The notes beneath the pieces were generated by a model. That model saw only the letters and a list, made by a program, of their open reading frames with translations, did not search any database and was not told the origin of the DNA. A stretch of 63,246 bases of DNA, the filler included, from Globobulimina sp. (Eukaryota): assembly GCA_003354225.1 (NCBI GenBank). It is 44 parts of 44 records of this genome, joined end to end, with 100 filler letters (N's around TTAATTAATTAA, not from the genome) between each part and the next. Parts side by side here need not be neighbours in the genome. Positions count along the whole stretch, not along the records: positions 37,445 to 38,783 come from PIVH01018377.1; positions 38,884 to 40,222 come from PIVH01018378.1; positions 40,323 to 41,661 come from PIVH01018379.1; positions 41,762 to 43,100 come from PIVH01018380.1; positions 43,201 to 44,539 come from PIVH01018381.1; positions 44,640 to 45,978 come from PIVH01018382.1; positions 46,079 to 47,417 come from PIVH01018383.1; positions 47,518 to 48,856 come from PIVH01018384.1; 36 more parts are not named here. One strand, written 5' to 3'. The translations under genes and the position numbers were made by a program. This document shows positions 37,536 through 48,956 of the stretch, one piece after another. The number at the start of each line of letters is the position of its first letter. Positions within the stretch are counted from its first letter, which is position 1.

Positions 37536-37742
37536 CATAAAATTATTATACTCATAAACACCCATAAAAAGCATGGGGGATTCCATAATACAGCATAATA
37601 TATATATCCTTGCATGTTATATAATTGTTTGTTTGATATTTTATGAAATATATATGTTTTTTTTTATATTAAATTACAGAGTATACAAACATATACAACA
37701 GAAACACAAACAAAAACACAAACAAAAACACAAATAATAAAA

Positions 37743-37806
37743 TGTGATGATTGGGATTTGAACCCAAATCTTCTTTAAATAGATGCTTTCCTTAAGCCAT
37801 CATCAC
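37743..37806 (-). ncRNA. tRNA-like element with shortened anticodon/variable region (pseudo-tRNA or SINE-like head)
   Basis: GTGATGA/TCATCAC acceptor, GCTT-AAGGA-AAGC D arm, TTGGG-TTCAAAT-CCCAA T arm, followed by TTTT; only 16 nt between position 26 and T arm. Confidence 0.6.
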
Positions 37807-37814
37807 AATAAATT

Positions 37815-38180
37815 AGACGATAAACCGGGAAATATCCACGAAATGATAGCCGCACAGTTTCCTCATTAAAATATCCAATTGTGCCGACGCGCTCTTTTTT
37901 ACCGTTATACGAGTTAATCGGTAGTTTGTTGCATGTAATAATATGGTTTTCCAAGTCGACAGTAATGACATTATTGCCGATGATTAACTGATCATAAAAG
38001 GAGCGATGCATACCGAATATAAACGGTATGGGCCTCTAAGATCCGCGCAAAAGATTCAGGTAACACCGGTATGAAATTGTATTGATACTCAAGCGGCCAC
38101 AACAACGACTTCAACGTCTCCGCGCACGGTGTGATCAGCGCGTAATTGATGGAAATGAGTACAATTTGCCGCTCCAACAG
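37815..38180 (-). pseudogene. DENN-domain gene fragment with frameshift
   Basis: ERQIVLIS..YALITPCAETLKSLLWPLEYQYNFIPVLP...LEA / shift / IPFIFGMHR...VITVDLE. Confidence 0.8.
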
Positions 38181-38583
38181 GATAAAATCAATGAGATTAA
38201 TGATAATAATCAGTTATTGCTACGACAGGAATTCCTGTCTCGGAGACTAAAATATTTGGAGTCCTTATTGCCGGCTACAAACAACCTGCAATCTGAGGAC
38301 GGCAATGCCTACGATTATTTGTCCAAATTCATGGACTCGTATTGTATGTATATTTTTTCCATGGTGACGCAGTACAAAGCCATATTCGTGAACGTCTCCG
38401 GAGGGCACGGCGACAATTTGCTGATTATATGGTGCCACAAACAGATCATAAATATAATCAGCACCATCGAGAAGTTGTTGCCGCTGATTAAGAATGGCTC
38501 GTTTCTGAACAGCTTGGCGCAAACTTGTGATTATTGCGGTCAGTCTCTAGGTCACATTGGGATGGATTTTCGTGGTTTGTTGA
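38181..38583 (+). pseudogene. COG8: COG8 (Dor1) internal fragment
   Basis: LRQEFLSRR..YL, YDYLSK, IFSMVTQYKAIF, LIIW, CDYCGQSLGHIGMDFRGLL. Confidence 0.8.
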
Positions 38584-38692
38584 ATCTTACTCAATCTTAC
38601 TCAAAAATGTCAACTTATCATTAGACTAAGACTAACTAAGTTCGGAGGTTAAACATTCGAAAAAGCCTCTTTGTTTACTCCGGTAGGGCTTT

Positions 38693-38783
38693 AGCTGCAA
38701 GCGTTCTAAAAAGTGATTCACGTCCCTTCGAAACATCTATCAAGATATACATATCCAAAAATTCATTTCAAAATTACCTCTTA
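38693..38783 (+). repeat. 91-bp terminal direct repeat, copy 2 (contig end)
   Basis: Identical to 37445-37535. Confidence 0.95.
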
Positions 38784-38883
38784 NNNNNNNNNNNNNNNNN
38801 NNNNNNNNNNNNNNNNNNNNNNNNNNNTTAATTAATTAANNNNNNNNNNNNNNNNNNNNNNNNNNNNNNNNNNNNNNNNNNNN

Positions 38884-39996
38884 CAAAAGTTAATGAATGA
38901 ATTTAATGTGGCCACATTCAGTGATATAACGGAGAAAGTAGGCTTGCGTAAATTGTGTGAGTTTGTGGATGAATCGACAGCAATATGGATTTGGAGGATA
39001 TGTCATGGAATCGATGAGGAGGAAGTTAAAATTGTAGCAAATGTGAAACGGATTGGCAGCAGTAAGAATTTAAGAGGTGTTTATAAATACGAAGATGTGG
39101 CCAAACATTTAAGGATCTGCGCATCGGAGATGTTGGTGCGGATTCGAGAGGATAGGAAACTGTTTCATAGGATTGCTAAAACGTTGGCTCTTACTTATCG
39201 GACAAGACTGCATGGCGTAAAATCGTTGACTACGATGATGATACATTTGCCGTCCGACGATATTTTGACAAAACAACACGCAAAATATTGTGACATGTTG
39301 ACAAAAGTTAGGGTTTTTTTTGTATATTTATTGTGTGATTTGTTAGTAGGTTTTTTTTTGGTACAGCATGCTGGAAAATTACTACCTAAAGAGACTGGGA
39401 TGGAGTATACCAATGTTGGTATATCCGTGTCTGGATTTGTTGATCAACCTAAACAAAATATTGTGAATATGTGGAACAATGCGAGTAAGAATAAAGTGAA
39501 TGAAAGTCATGCTTTTTATAGTAATAATCTTGAGTATAAGACATCGGTTGAGGTTAAGAATAAAAAGAATACAAATTCTCATGGAATCGAGAAGTTTTTG
39601 GTGAAACATAATGGAATTCAAAAGAAATTGAGTGTAAATTATAATAACGTAACACAATGTAACTCAAAGAAAAGGAAACGGAAAGGAGCAATGTTTCAAT
39701 ATTTAAAGGATGAAAAACCTCCGTTGAAACGAAGGAAATTAAATCAAGATGTAAAGAATTCGAAGAATCCGGATATTAATGATAACGATATTATTTGTGA
39801 CAAATGTAAGAATTTGATTTGTGACCGAGATGATGAGAAAAGGGAATTATTAATACAAACTCATATGGATTCACATTTAGCCAATAAGTTGTCAACACAA
39901 TTGAATGCTGTTCCATTTCCACGACATGTAATCCCTAAAACAGCAAAGAAGAGAAACAGTAAGACTGGAATCATGAACTATTTTAAACATAAATAA
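38884..39996 (+). CDS. POLH: Y-family DNA polymerase (eta-like), C-terminal part; in-frame 60-nt intron 39307-39366
   Basis: WIWRICHGIDEEEV...KRIGSSK little finger; UBZ CDKC...HMDSHLA; PIP-like GIMNYF. Confidence 0.75.
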   Translation, partial: QKLMNEFNVATFSDITEKVGLRKLCEFVDESTAIWIWRICHGIDEEEVKIVANVKRIGSSKNLRGVYKYEDVAKHLRICASEMLVRIREDRKLFHRIAKTLALTYRTRLHGVKSLTTMMIHLPSDDILTKQHAKYCDMLTKVRVFFVYLLCDLLVGFFLVQHAGKLLPKETGMEYTNVGISVSGFVDQPKQNIVNMWNNASKNKVNESHAFYSNNLEYKTSVEVKNKKNTNSHGIEKFLVKHNGIQKKLSVNYNNVTQCNSKKRKRKGAMFQYLKDEKPPLKRRKLNQDVKNSKNPDINDNDIICDKCKNLICDRDDEKRELLIQTHMDSHLANKLSTQLNAVPFPRHVIPKTAKKRNSKTGIMNYFKHK

Positions 39997-40322
39997 AAAC
40001 TACATTTTTCAAATTCCGACTTGATTCTTTCGCTCTGAACAAAAAGCTAAAACTGTTTTAGCAAGAAATATGATAATATGTATCCCCCTATGATAATATG
40101 TAACCACACATTTGGTTTAAATTAAATTAAATTAAGAAAGAAAAAAAATGCGTATTAAAGACATTCCCACCAAATATATTTATTATTAACAATTATTTAT
40201 AAAATTCTAGTGTTTGAGTAGTNNNNNNNNNNNNNNNNNNNNNNNNNNNNNNNNNNNNNNNNNNNNTTAATTAATTAANNNNNNNNNNNNNNNNNNNNNN
40301 NNNNNNNNNNNNNNNNNNNNNN

Positions 40323-40526
40323 CAATGTAAGTTCTAAATCTGTGCCATCCTGTGTTGGAGGGTCAATATGCCAAGTATTGTTGATGGTGACTACGTTTGG
40401 TGTGGTGATAGCCATACTGATGCCTTCTCCACCTTCTTGAGACGTATTTAAAGTAACTGTGTTTTCAAAAGCGTTGATGCACAGCAGATATGCTAGAACC
40501 AGTAACATCGCTAGTTGCGGTGACAT
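40323..40526 (-). CDS. Secreted protein N-terminus, unknown
   Basis: Signal peptide MSPQLAMLLVLAYLLCINA. Confidence 0.5.
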
Positions 40527-40777
40527 GATGCAACAAAAAGATTTTCTGACTCACTAAGAATTTTCTGGCTCGACTTCAACTATTACTCTCAACGATTAAT
40601 ATATCTGAAACTCTGATTGAGCTTATATAGTTTTACAAAAATAAAATACAGATCAAATATAATTCAATTTAAAACACTAAACGAAAAAAGAAGCACAATG
40701 TCATATAAAAAAAAAGAATATAACATTTTTTTTCAAAAACACAACAAAATTAAATAAACATATAAATATAATATTCA

Positions 40778-41661
40778 TCATTTCCTTGGTACCCCTTCAA
40801 GTTCATCATCAAACGCTGTCAATTTTCCAATTTCCGCCATTATTTTTGTCTGATGCCCTTTCACCACAATTCCAATTTCGCATAATTCTGTTTTATTCGA
40901 TATCTCCCTGACAAACTTCAACGACTCATATCCATAACTTCCAAAATTCTCCAAATACTGCGGTAACAGCACATCATGCTGCAACCACTCCTTTATCTCA
41001 TCAGCCCCATCATTGCCATCATCACATTCACTTATTCCACTTTCCTCTCGCAGATAATTAGTGGACTGCATAGATTGGGATGCTCGCTTTCTGACTGCAC
41101 ATACCAATGGATTGTGATTGGTCTCTTCAGTCAATGTAGTCGGCGAACAATGCACCACCGGTTCTGTAGTATACATATCTTCGTATTCGTCACTATCCTC
41201 GTTCAAACTTTCTGCATTGCTGTTCATTGTGAATTTCCTGCGATTTCCCTGATACATATTACTCTGTGCATCACTGTTAATTTTACACACATTCACTGTA
41301 TTATTAGGCTGTGCACTCTGCGCATCACTATTTATCTTGTTTATTAATGGCATTTTTGTTTGCGATGCTATCCGCTGCAAAGATTTCTCACTGGTTTCCG
41401 ATTTGTTGTCACTTCCCATCTGCTTTGGAATTGCTTTATGTTTATGATTATGTTTCTGTTTCTCATCATTATCTACATACAAATTATACAAAAAATATGT
41501 ATACAGTACAAATTACGATAAATACATACCCGGTTTGTGGTGAATTTTGTTCCATTTGCAAACAATAAGTCCAATGGTTATCCCACATAAAAAACTCATC
41601 ACCGAGGCACAGATTGCGATTAAAATGTAAGTGAATGAATGGTCGATGTCTGCAGACTGCC
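40778..41661 (-). CDS. Single-pass membrane protein with C-terminal SAM domain, 5' partial
   Basis: TM exon YILIAICASVMSFLCGITIGLIVC, short intron, SAM IKEWL..V.LPQYLENF...GYE...L.EIGI..KGHQ.KI. Confidence 0.8.
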
Positions 41662-41761
41662 NNNNNNNNNNNNNNNNNNNNNNNNNNNNNNNNNNNNNNN
41701 NNNNNTTAATTAATTAANNNNNNNNNNNNNNNNNNNNNNNNNNNNNNNNNNNNNNNNNNNN

Positions 41762-42646
41762 TATGGTGAACACTCAACCTGAGGATGATAGTTCAACGGA
41801 TCACACAGTAGCTGATGTCCCTGACGAACCTACACCACTCCGCCCACGTCGTGCTGCGGCCATTCAAGGTCGTGAGAATGTTCAAAGATGGGTCCGTGAG
41901 ATGGTCGGATTACAATTTGTGGTGTCTTAACATTATCAAATGGATACTGCAAGTTAAGTTTTTCCATTCTGATTAGTATCCAACATTGTACTGACATATT
42001 TTGTAATATTTTTGCTTTCAGTACATTTCAATCTAGAAGTTGGTTACTAACTCGTGAACTCGTCACAAACAAATGATGTGTACAAACGAATGATGTGTAC
42101 AAACAAATGATGTGTTCAATCAAATAGACACTTACACAAGTTTTGTAATGTTAAAACTTTCTTGTGGGGAGTGTCGCGAAAGCGCGATACTTCTCAAGTA
42201 TTGTACTGCATTTTACTTAAACTTAAAATAGTCTATTTGGTAGGTAATTCATATATTAATACATTATGCATCATTTCTACTAAGGTTATACGTGCATTAT
42301 GGCGTCCACTGTATGTACTAACGGTCGTATTGATTCCTAATAGTGTACGTGCAGTGATCTGTTATCTTAACCGCAGTAACCTATTTATAGCGGCTGATCA
42401 AACGGCAACAGATGCGTCCTGCCTACCTAAATATTCAAAGGTTTTGGCGCTGCCGTTTGGTTGGTCGATTACTGGTTTATACTAGTTTTATATTGATTAA
42501 GTTAACAACGGGTGTACTCTCTAATGTATAATCACTTGCTCCAAGAACTACCTGCTGTGCTGTACTAACTTTCTTTGGTTTAATAAATATATTTATATAT
42601 TTCGGTTCTTTCTGTACAGCCTAGGTTGGTCTACAAGTCAACGACG
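41762..42646 (+). mobile_element. BEL/Pao-like LTR retrotransposon 3' end: ORF end, PPT, 3' LTR (~42172-42646)
   Basis: ORF ends ...RPRRAAA...* at 41930; GTGGGGAG then TGTCG at 42172; AATAAA ~42582; degenerate CGACG end. Confidence 0.6.
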
Positions 42647-43222
42647 TTCTTCTATATTTGGTATTTGGGTGTTTTCCATTTATTGCTGGGCCACTTCTCT
42701 GCTTCTTCTCTGCCTCAAACGAAGAATATTTGGAAAAGTTCAAATGTCAAATCATGGCGACCCTATGTGAATCAACACCACCTGCTCTATTGCTTTGATT
42801 GTTTGCTATTGCTTTGATCATCAGGTATTTTTTATTTTGCATAATTGTATTCATATATATTGTGTAAAGAAAATTTATCTACGACCAGACCACGGTCGTA
42901 AGCTTTGATGATCATATTACGAAAAAGGAAAGGGAAAAGGCTATAATAAATTATTCAGTGTGCTGCATTGTATGTATATATGTTGCTACCTTAGTTGGTA
43001 TTGATTGAGACATATATACCAACATTCTATCATTAGTCTATTCCTTTCATTCATTCAATTCACGGTCTTCATTCAATTTACGGTCCTTAAATTTTTCGAA
43101 NNNNNNNNNNNNNNNNNNNNNNNNNNNNNNNNNNNNNNNNNNNNTTAATTAATTAANNNNNNNNNNNNNNNNNNNNNNNNNNNNNNNNNNNNNNNNNNNN
43201 TTAAAAATGCGAAATAAAATAT

Positions 43223-43797
43223 TTAAATCTTACATTGCTGTTGCAACAACTGGGCAAATTTAAGAATTCCATCACCACCAAATACAGGATCTTGTGGCAG
43301 TGGTACTTTGTTTATTGTTTCCATTTGTTTTTTAGTTGGTCCATTATACGCAAACTCCCATTCGGGACTTGCTTTTGGATACACACCCATTGTAATACAA
43401 TCATTTGAACAGCCATTCCCTGCATGATAACATCCGGATGGTTGGAATATTACATCGCCTTTGTTTGCTGTACCAGCGATATCACCATTTTTGCCCATTT
43501 AATACTCGCAGATCCACGCAATATAATCAATGCTTCATGGCAATTGTCATGATAATGTGGTGTCGGAGACGCACCCGATCCCCAACTCCAACTATTTGCT
43601 GTCCAATTAAACTTTGACAAAAATGAACTTACTTGCTTTTTTTGTGTTGATTTTACAAATACGTTTCTATAAATCAATAATGGTAAAGATAAATTGTCGA
43701 TAAATGCTCCAAATACTTTTATTCCATTTTTAGTTGTAATCTCCATTAGTTTTGGTACTGATTCCTTTTGTTTTGATTTTTCTTCTTCTTGTGACAT
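43223..43797 (-). CDS. YjlB-like cupin, 1-nt frameshift at ~43499
   Basis: HYHDNCHEAL..LRGSA / GDVIFQPSGCYH...MGVYP...W...VPLPQDPVFG..G. Confidence 0.75.
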
Positions 43798-43950
43798 TGC
43801 AACTGAATTTATGAATTTATACAAACAAAGGGATGAGACGATCTAAACTTAACTGAAGAACTTTTGAAGTAAAACTCTGAGTCCTTAGCAGACTGAACTC
43901 CGGAACACACACACAAACCAAATATCTATATAAGTACATATTGTTATAAT

Positions 43951-44539
43951 ATGAAGTCAAAGAGATCTGCAGGAACGGGATTGACACGAATTTCGACAGA
44001 AACTGATTATGAAACTGAAGATTATGAAAGCGATATTGAAGAACCACAATTGGTGCTAAAATCCAATGAACGCAAACGTTACATTTGTCAAAATAAAAAA
44101 TGCAAATTCGTTTGTATTGCATTCAGCATTATCGCTGCGGCTATTTTTTGTTTTTTTATAATTAATTTTTTTGCATTGGCGCCTGAATCAAAAGAAACAA
44201 TTATGACTGAAGAGAGAGCATCATTCGTCATTGAAGAGTTAATGCAATTAAATATTAGTTATGATTATTTTGATGATGATGAAAAGGAAGAATATATTCA
44301 TGCATTTAATGCATTTGATAAAAATGGTGATCAATCATTGGATCAAAGCGAATTTGTCACTTATTTTAAGTTACAACTGTTAAGTGTCAAAATTTGTGAC
44401 TTATTTTATTTTCTGTGTATTATTTCTTATTTTCCCCCTTTGTTTTTTTACAATTCCGATGATAAAAAACTCTCACAATCCTGCTTTGTATTGCTATATG
44501 TTTCAAACAGTAATAATTGGGCTATATTTGACAGAATCG
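43951..44539 (+). CDS. Membrane-anchored EF-hand protein, 3' partial
   Basis: TM segment then AFNAFDKNGDQSLDQSEF. Confidence 0.7.
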
Positions 44540-46078
44540 NNNNNNNNNNNNNNNNNNNNNNNNNNNNNNNNNNNNNNNNNNNNTTAATTAATTAANNNNN
44601 NNNNNNNNNNNNNNNNNNNNNNNNNNNNNNNNNNNNNNNTTTCTAATTCCGATGTGGAGGACTATTTTTCAAATGAATGATAAATTTTATAATCTGGTCA
44701 GGGGAGGAGTGGGATGAGTACTTTTAATTAATCCACGCTCCCAGCAGGCAATTGACTAGGTGCTTTTTGAAGTTTTAAGTATTAGTACTTAGAAAAAAGT
44801 TAGTTAGCTCGAGTCAATTGAATCTTATATTTTGACCAAAAAGATCCATTCTGTCCTGTCCCATATTGAATGAGCTGCGCCAAGAATATTGGTATCATGC
44901 AAGCTTCACCTTTGCCAAAAACGAAACGCATCCGAGATAAACAAAATCAATCCACAATCAACAATCAACAATCATATTAAACTTAAGAGGGTACAAGACC
45001 CTGAAACCATTGGGAAAACACTCTGCGACTGCGAGTGCAAAGATAAAAATAAAAAACTAGAAGTAAGTACTAACTCAAAACTTAAACATTGAATGGCTGT
45101 TATCTTTGCCAAAAAATATGCAGGTAAATTCATATTGCTAATTCCATGCATGTATGTTAGTGAAGTACTTTATCTAAAAATATGAGGAAGTTTAAAATCC
45201 AACTAGTTCCATATTAAGTAAACAAAACCCATGGGATAAATACCCATGGGCTCAAAAAATTCGCTTTTCCCAAGGGGATAAATACACTTTATATCGAAAC
45301 CTAAATCAAAACATGCACAATGAATTTAATCGGTACTAGTACCAGAATGAGGAATAGACGCAACAGAAATATCAGTGGCTAAACATCGGTTAAAATCGAG
45401 TGACCTCATAATAGCCACTGATTTCTCACATGAACCGAACCGAACCGAGAACCAATACCACTGCTTTGTACAACCAATTGGTGCCCAAACTAAGACCAAA
45501 TCCAAATAATATGTACAGTACAGTTTACAGTACTTTTCTTTATCTATACTACCAAAGAATACTTTGTTATTGCTTGTTTTAATAATTTTTTGTATTGATA
45601 ACCATTTTTTCATCTTTCCAATAAATCCTGCAAACCATAATGTAAACCATATGTAAACTGTGTGGTTTGCAATGCAAACGTATCTATAATCACTGCATTA
45701 CTCCTAAATGATTGGCAATCCAATCCTTCCTAATGATATTCCCACTGTATTTTGATACATATTAAAGTGTTTCTTCAGCGTCGGACCATTGCCATGGAAA
45801 TTACTGTTTTTTGAAAGGCTTAGCAAAACGAAAAACATTAAATCGCTCCAATGAAAGAAACAGAACGTTGTGTAAGCGACGAATGTTTCATTTAATTTAA
45901 AGATAATTTAAGTGACTGACTGAAAGTGTTTTTGTTTTTTGTGTTTTGAATTCTTTCTTTCTTTTTCCTTGCACAAAGNNNNNNNNNNNNNNNNNNNNNN
46001 NNNNNNNNNNNNNNNNNNNNNNTTAATTAATTAANNNNNNNNNNNNNNNNNNNNNNNNNNNNNNNNNNNNNNNNNNNN

Positions 46079-47417
46079 CATATATTTACATAATTAATAT
46101 AAAAAAATCAAAGGAACAAATTATATTTTGTAAAACCTTTGGTTGGAATTGATGTTGGTGGTACTGTTGGGTCGATAGTTGGAGAACTCGTTGGCACTAA
46201 AAAACAAATTTTAAACAACAAAAATAAAAAAACACACAATAATATACCTTGTGTGGGATTTCCAGTCGGCGTTTCCGTTGGATTTACGGTCGGATCGTTT
46301 GTTGGTTCTAACACCAAAACATTTATATACAAAACAAATAAAAATTAAAAAAGAATACAAATACCTAAAGTTGTTGGATTTTGAGTTGGTTCTTGTGTAG
46401 GATCTAAAAAAAAACAATAACAGATACAATCCATTACAAACAGTATATTTGTATACCAAATTCCGGCAAACAAAAACAAAACACAGATACGCTCCATTTG
46501 CCAAACAAAAGCACTCTGTTTTTGATCGGAAACAATGTAAAACAAACCAAGCGTTAACGTCCCCCCGCTGGCACAAATAAACTCAGATAATGTATTGACA
46601 AAATATCTGGTATCAGGTGAGTTACCTTGCGATGGCGTATAGGTAGTTTTTTGGAAATATTCACACCATTCAATCGAACCATATTCTTCTTCAACTAAAG
46701 AGAGATCAGTATCACTCCAAAAACGCAACGCAAAAGTTGTTATCCCATCTAATAATTGCTCATTATACACATCACGGCAGTCCTGCAAAGCTGCATCATT
46801 TACAGAGGTATATGGTATATAATATATTAGCTTTGGCATTAAATCATTTTGCGTATCAAACCAATCCATTGCTTCTGATAACGCTTCACCTAAAATACAT
46901 TTTGTACATGTAATAAAATTGTAAATTTTTACATAAAATAAAGTACAAACATACATAGATTTGGTTGAGTTTTATTTTTTAACTCGTCCGGTAACTCGGC
47001 CATAGCGATTGGTTGTGGTTGCGGCGAGTCATCGACTTGAAATCCCCAATAATCATAGGGATTGTTCCCAGCGTATACAATTTCATCGGTGAAGAATATG
47101 TAATGTATATAGGTTTTATCAGTTTGAGGTAATATTTTCTCAGAAAACCACCAGGAAAAATACAGTAAATAATAATTAAATGAATCTGCGGTTTGTCCCG
47201 TAACATCTACCAACACTGCAACATGTCCTCCGCGGTTATCAACACAGCCTTGTTTTTGTTTATTTATTAAAACAGCGAATGTGTGAAACAACTAAGTGCA
47301 GAATGTGACATACCGCAGGATTCGGGCGTTGTGCTGTAACAATTATAATAGTCATCGTCAGTGGTTATGTCATCGGGACTGCAATCGTCCAGCAGACTGC
47401 CCAGGCGCCCAGGCCGC
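46079..47417 (-). CDS. vWA-like domain plus PT-repeat (PTxxPT) stalk encoded by micro-exons
   Basis: HVAVLVDVTGQT, LGEALSEAMDWF...PKLIYY; exons 46365-46403, 46248-46307, 46137-46196. Confidence 0.7.
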
Positions 47418-47576
47418 NNNNNNNNNNNNNNNNNNNNNNNNNNNNNNNNNNNNNNNNNNNNTTAATTAATTAANNNNNNNNNNNNNNNNNNNNNNNNNNN
47501 NNNNNNNNNNNNNNNNNACGCCTTTACATTGTCCAACGACAAAACTAGAAGTACCATTTTTTACTATTTATGATAT

Positions 47577-48047
47577 TTATCTCTCACAAAATTGCAAACT
47601 ATTACTCGCCAAACCCTTCTTAGCCACATAACTGGATGAATCGAACGACTCCGGCGGACCACCCATCACTCCGATCTTATATGCACCGACATGCACACCA
47701 TATTTGTTATATTTTTTCACAATCTGACAACACGTGTCCGAATTCATATTATTATCCAATTTGAATACACGACCACTCACATCTGAAAGAACCCTATCAT
47801 TACACTCCATTCATCTATCAGACACTCAAAACGCACTTCCATCACGATGACGATGAATTTTATCGTAAGCAACAGACCATTTTTTTGTTTTTGTTTGAGA
47901 CATCATCTCCTCGAGTGGATCCGTTGGTCTCACCGACTCATCCACAATTTCAATTTTTCTCTTTGTGCCACGGGATTCCACTTCATTTTGCTCCACCAAT
48001 TCACCTTCATTTGTCAATATTGGAGTTCTAGTTCTTTGAGTAGTCAT
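47577..48047 (-). pseudogene. Disrupted ORF (two in-frame TGA), unknown
   Basis: ORFs 47826-48047 and 47577-47810 are in the same frame: ...GSAF*VSDR*MECN... Confidence 0.35.
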
Positions 48048-48400
48048 ATTTTAGTCACAATATAAGCAACCAAAGTAATCTCAACAATCTCACTGCACGA
48101 CAAAGCAATTTCTTTCTCTCAAACCAAAGTTCGCTCTAACTCCGCCCTCCCTTTCGATAAGCTAATAGACTACAATCACAGACCAATCATCAAACATAAA
48201 ATAGGCGGAACACTCAAGATAAACCAATAATCGTCATCAGACTTTGCAACTACTGTTCATCCACTCCTCTGACCTATCTACAGTATGATAATGCACAGTA
48301 ACCCTCCTTTCATACATCTACAGGACATTCACGCACAACAAAACACTTATTTTGACTATCTACAGTATGATCATGCACAGTAACAATTAACCTTACACTA

Positions 48401-48856
48401 TCACTGTTGCATTTTAAAATATTCCCCTTGCAACACTTCTTCTGCCGAAAGTCTCGCATTTGGATCCATTCTAAGCATTTTCTAAAACAAACTACAATTC
48501 TTCATAAACAGTAATTACAGTACAATCAAATATTTCCTTTCTCACCAGTAACACTCTGATTCCTTCCATGTTCATGGTTGACTTTCCAAAGCGACCACAC
48601 TTTGTGAACATGTCATAAAACTCATTAGCCACCACTCTCTGACTTTTGTCCACCAACTTGTAACTCTATAAATATGTGTATATTACAGTACATACTGGAC
48701 AATAGTAATGAGAATCACCCATTACCTTCATTGTCTCTGAATAAATCCACCTAGATGATATCCCAGGCCAATCACTCTCTGTCGGAAATACCAAAGCCGT
48801 AAATATGGCCAAAATCTGAGCCACTTTGTCCTTGTTGCACGAAAAATCGATTGAAT
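48401..48856 (-). CDS. CMGC/CDK-like kinase, last three exons (absent from ORF track)
   Basis: AQILAIFTALVFPTESDWPG / ...GIRVLL / KMLRMDPNARLSAEEVLQGEYF* with GT-AG introns. Confidence 0.75.
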
Positions 48857-48956
48857 NNNNNNNNNNNNNNNNNNNNNNNNNNNNNNNNNNNNNNNNNNNN
48901 TTAATTAATTAANNNNNNNNNNNNNNNNNNNNNNNNNNNNNNNNNNNNNNNNNNNN

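Noticed and set aside
37743-37806. Ochre-suppressor (UUA) or Leu(UAA) functional tRNA
   Set aside because: No register gives a 5-bp stem, 7-nt loop and variable region together.
38082-38624. 180-aa ORF as a complete gene
   Set aside because: Its first ~33 codons are antisense DENN sequence and its end is non-COG8; it is a junction product.
45326-45465. ATCAGTGGCTA/TAGCCACTGAT inverted pair and GAACC repeats as a MITE
   Set aside because: Arms are only ~11 bp, with no TSD or clear ends.
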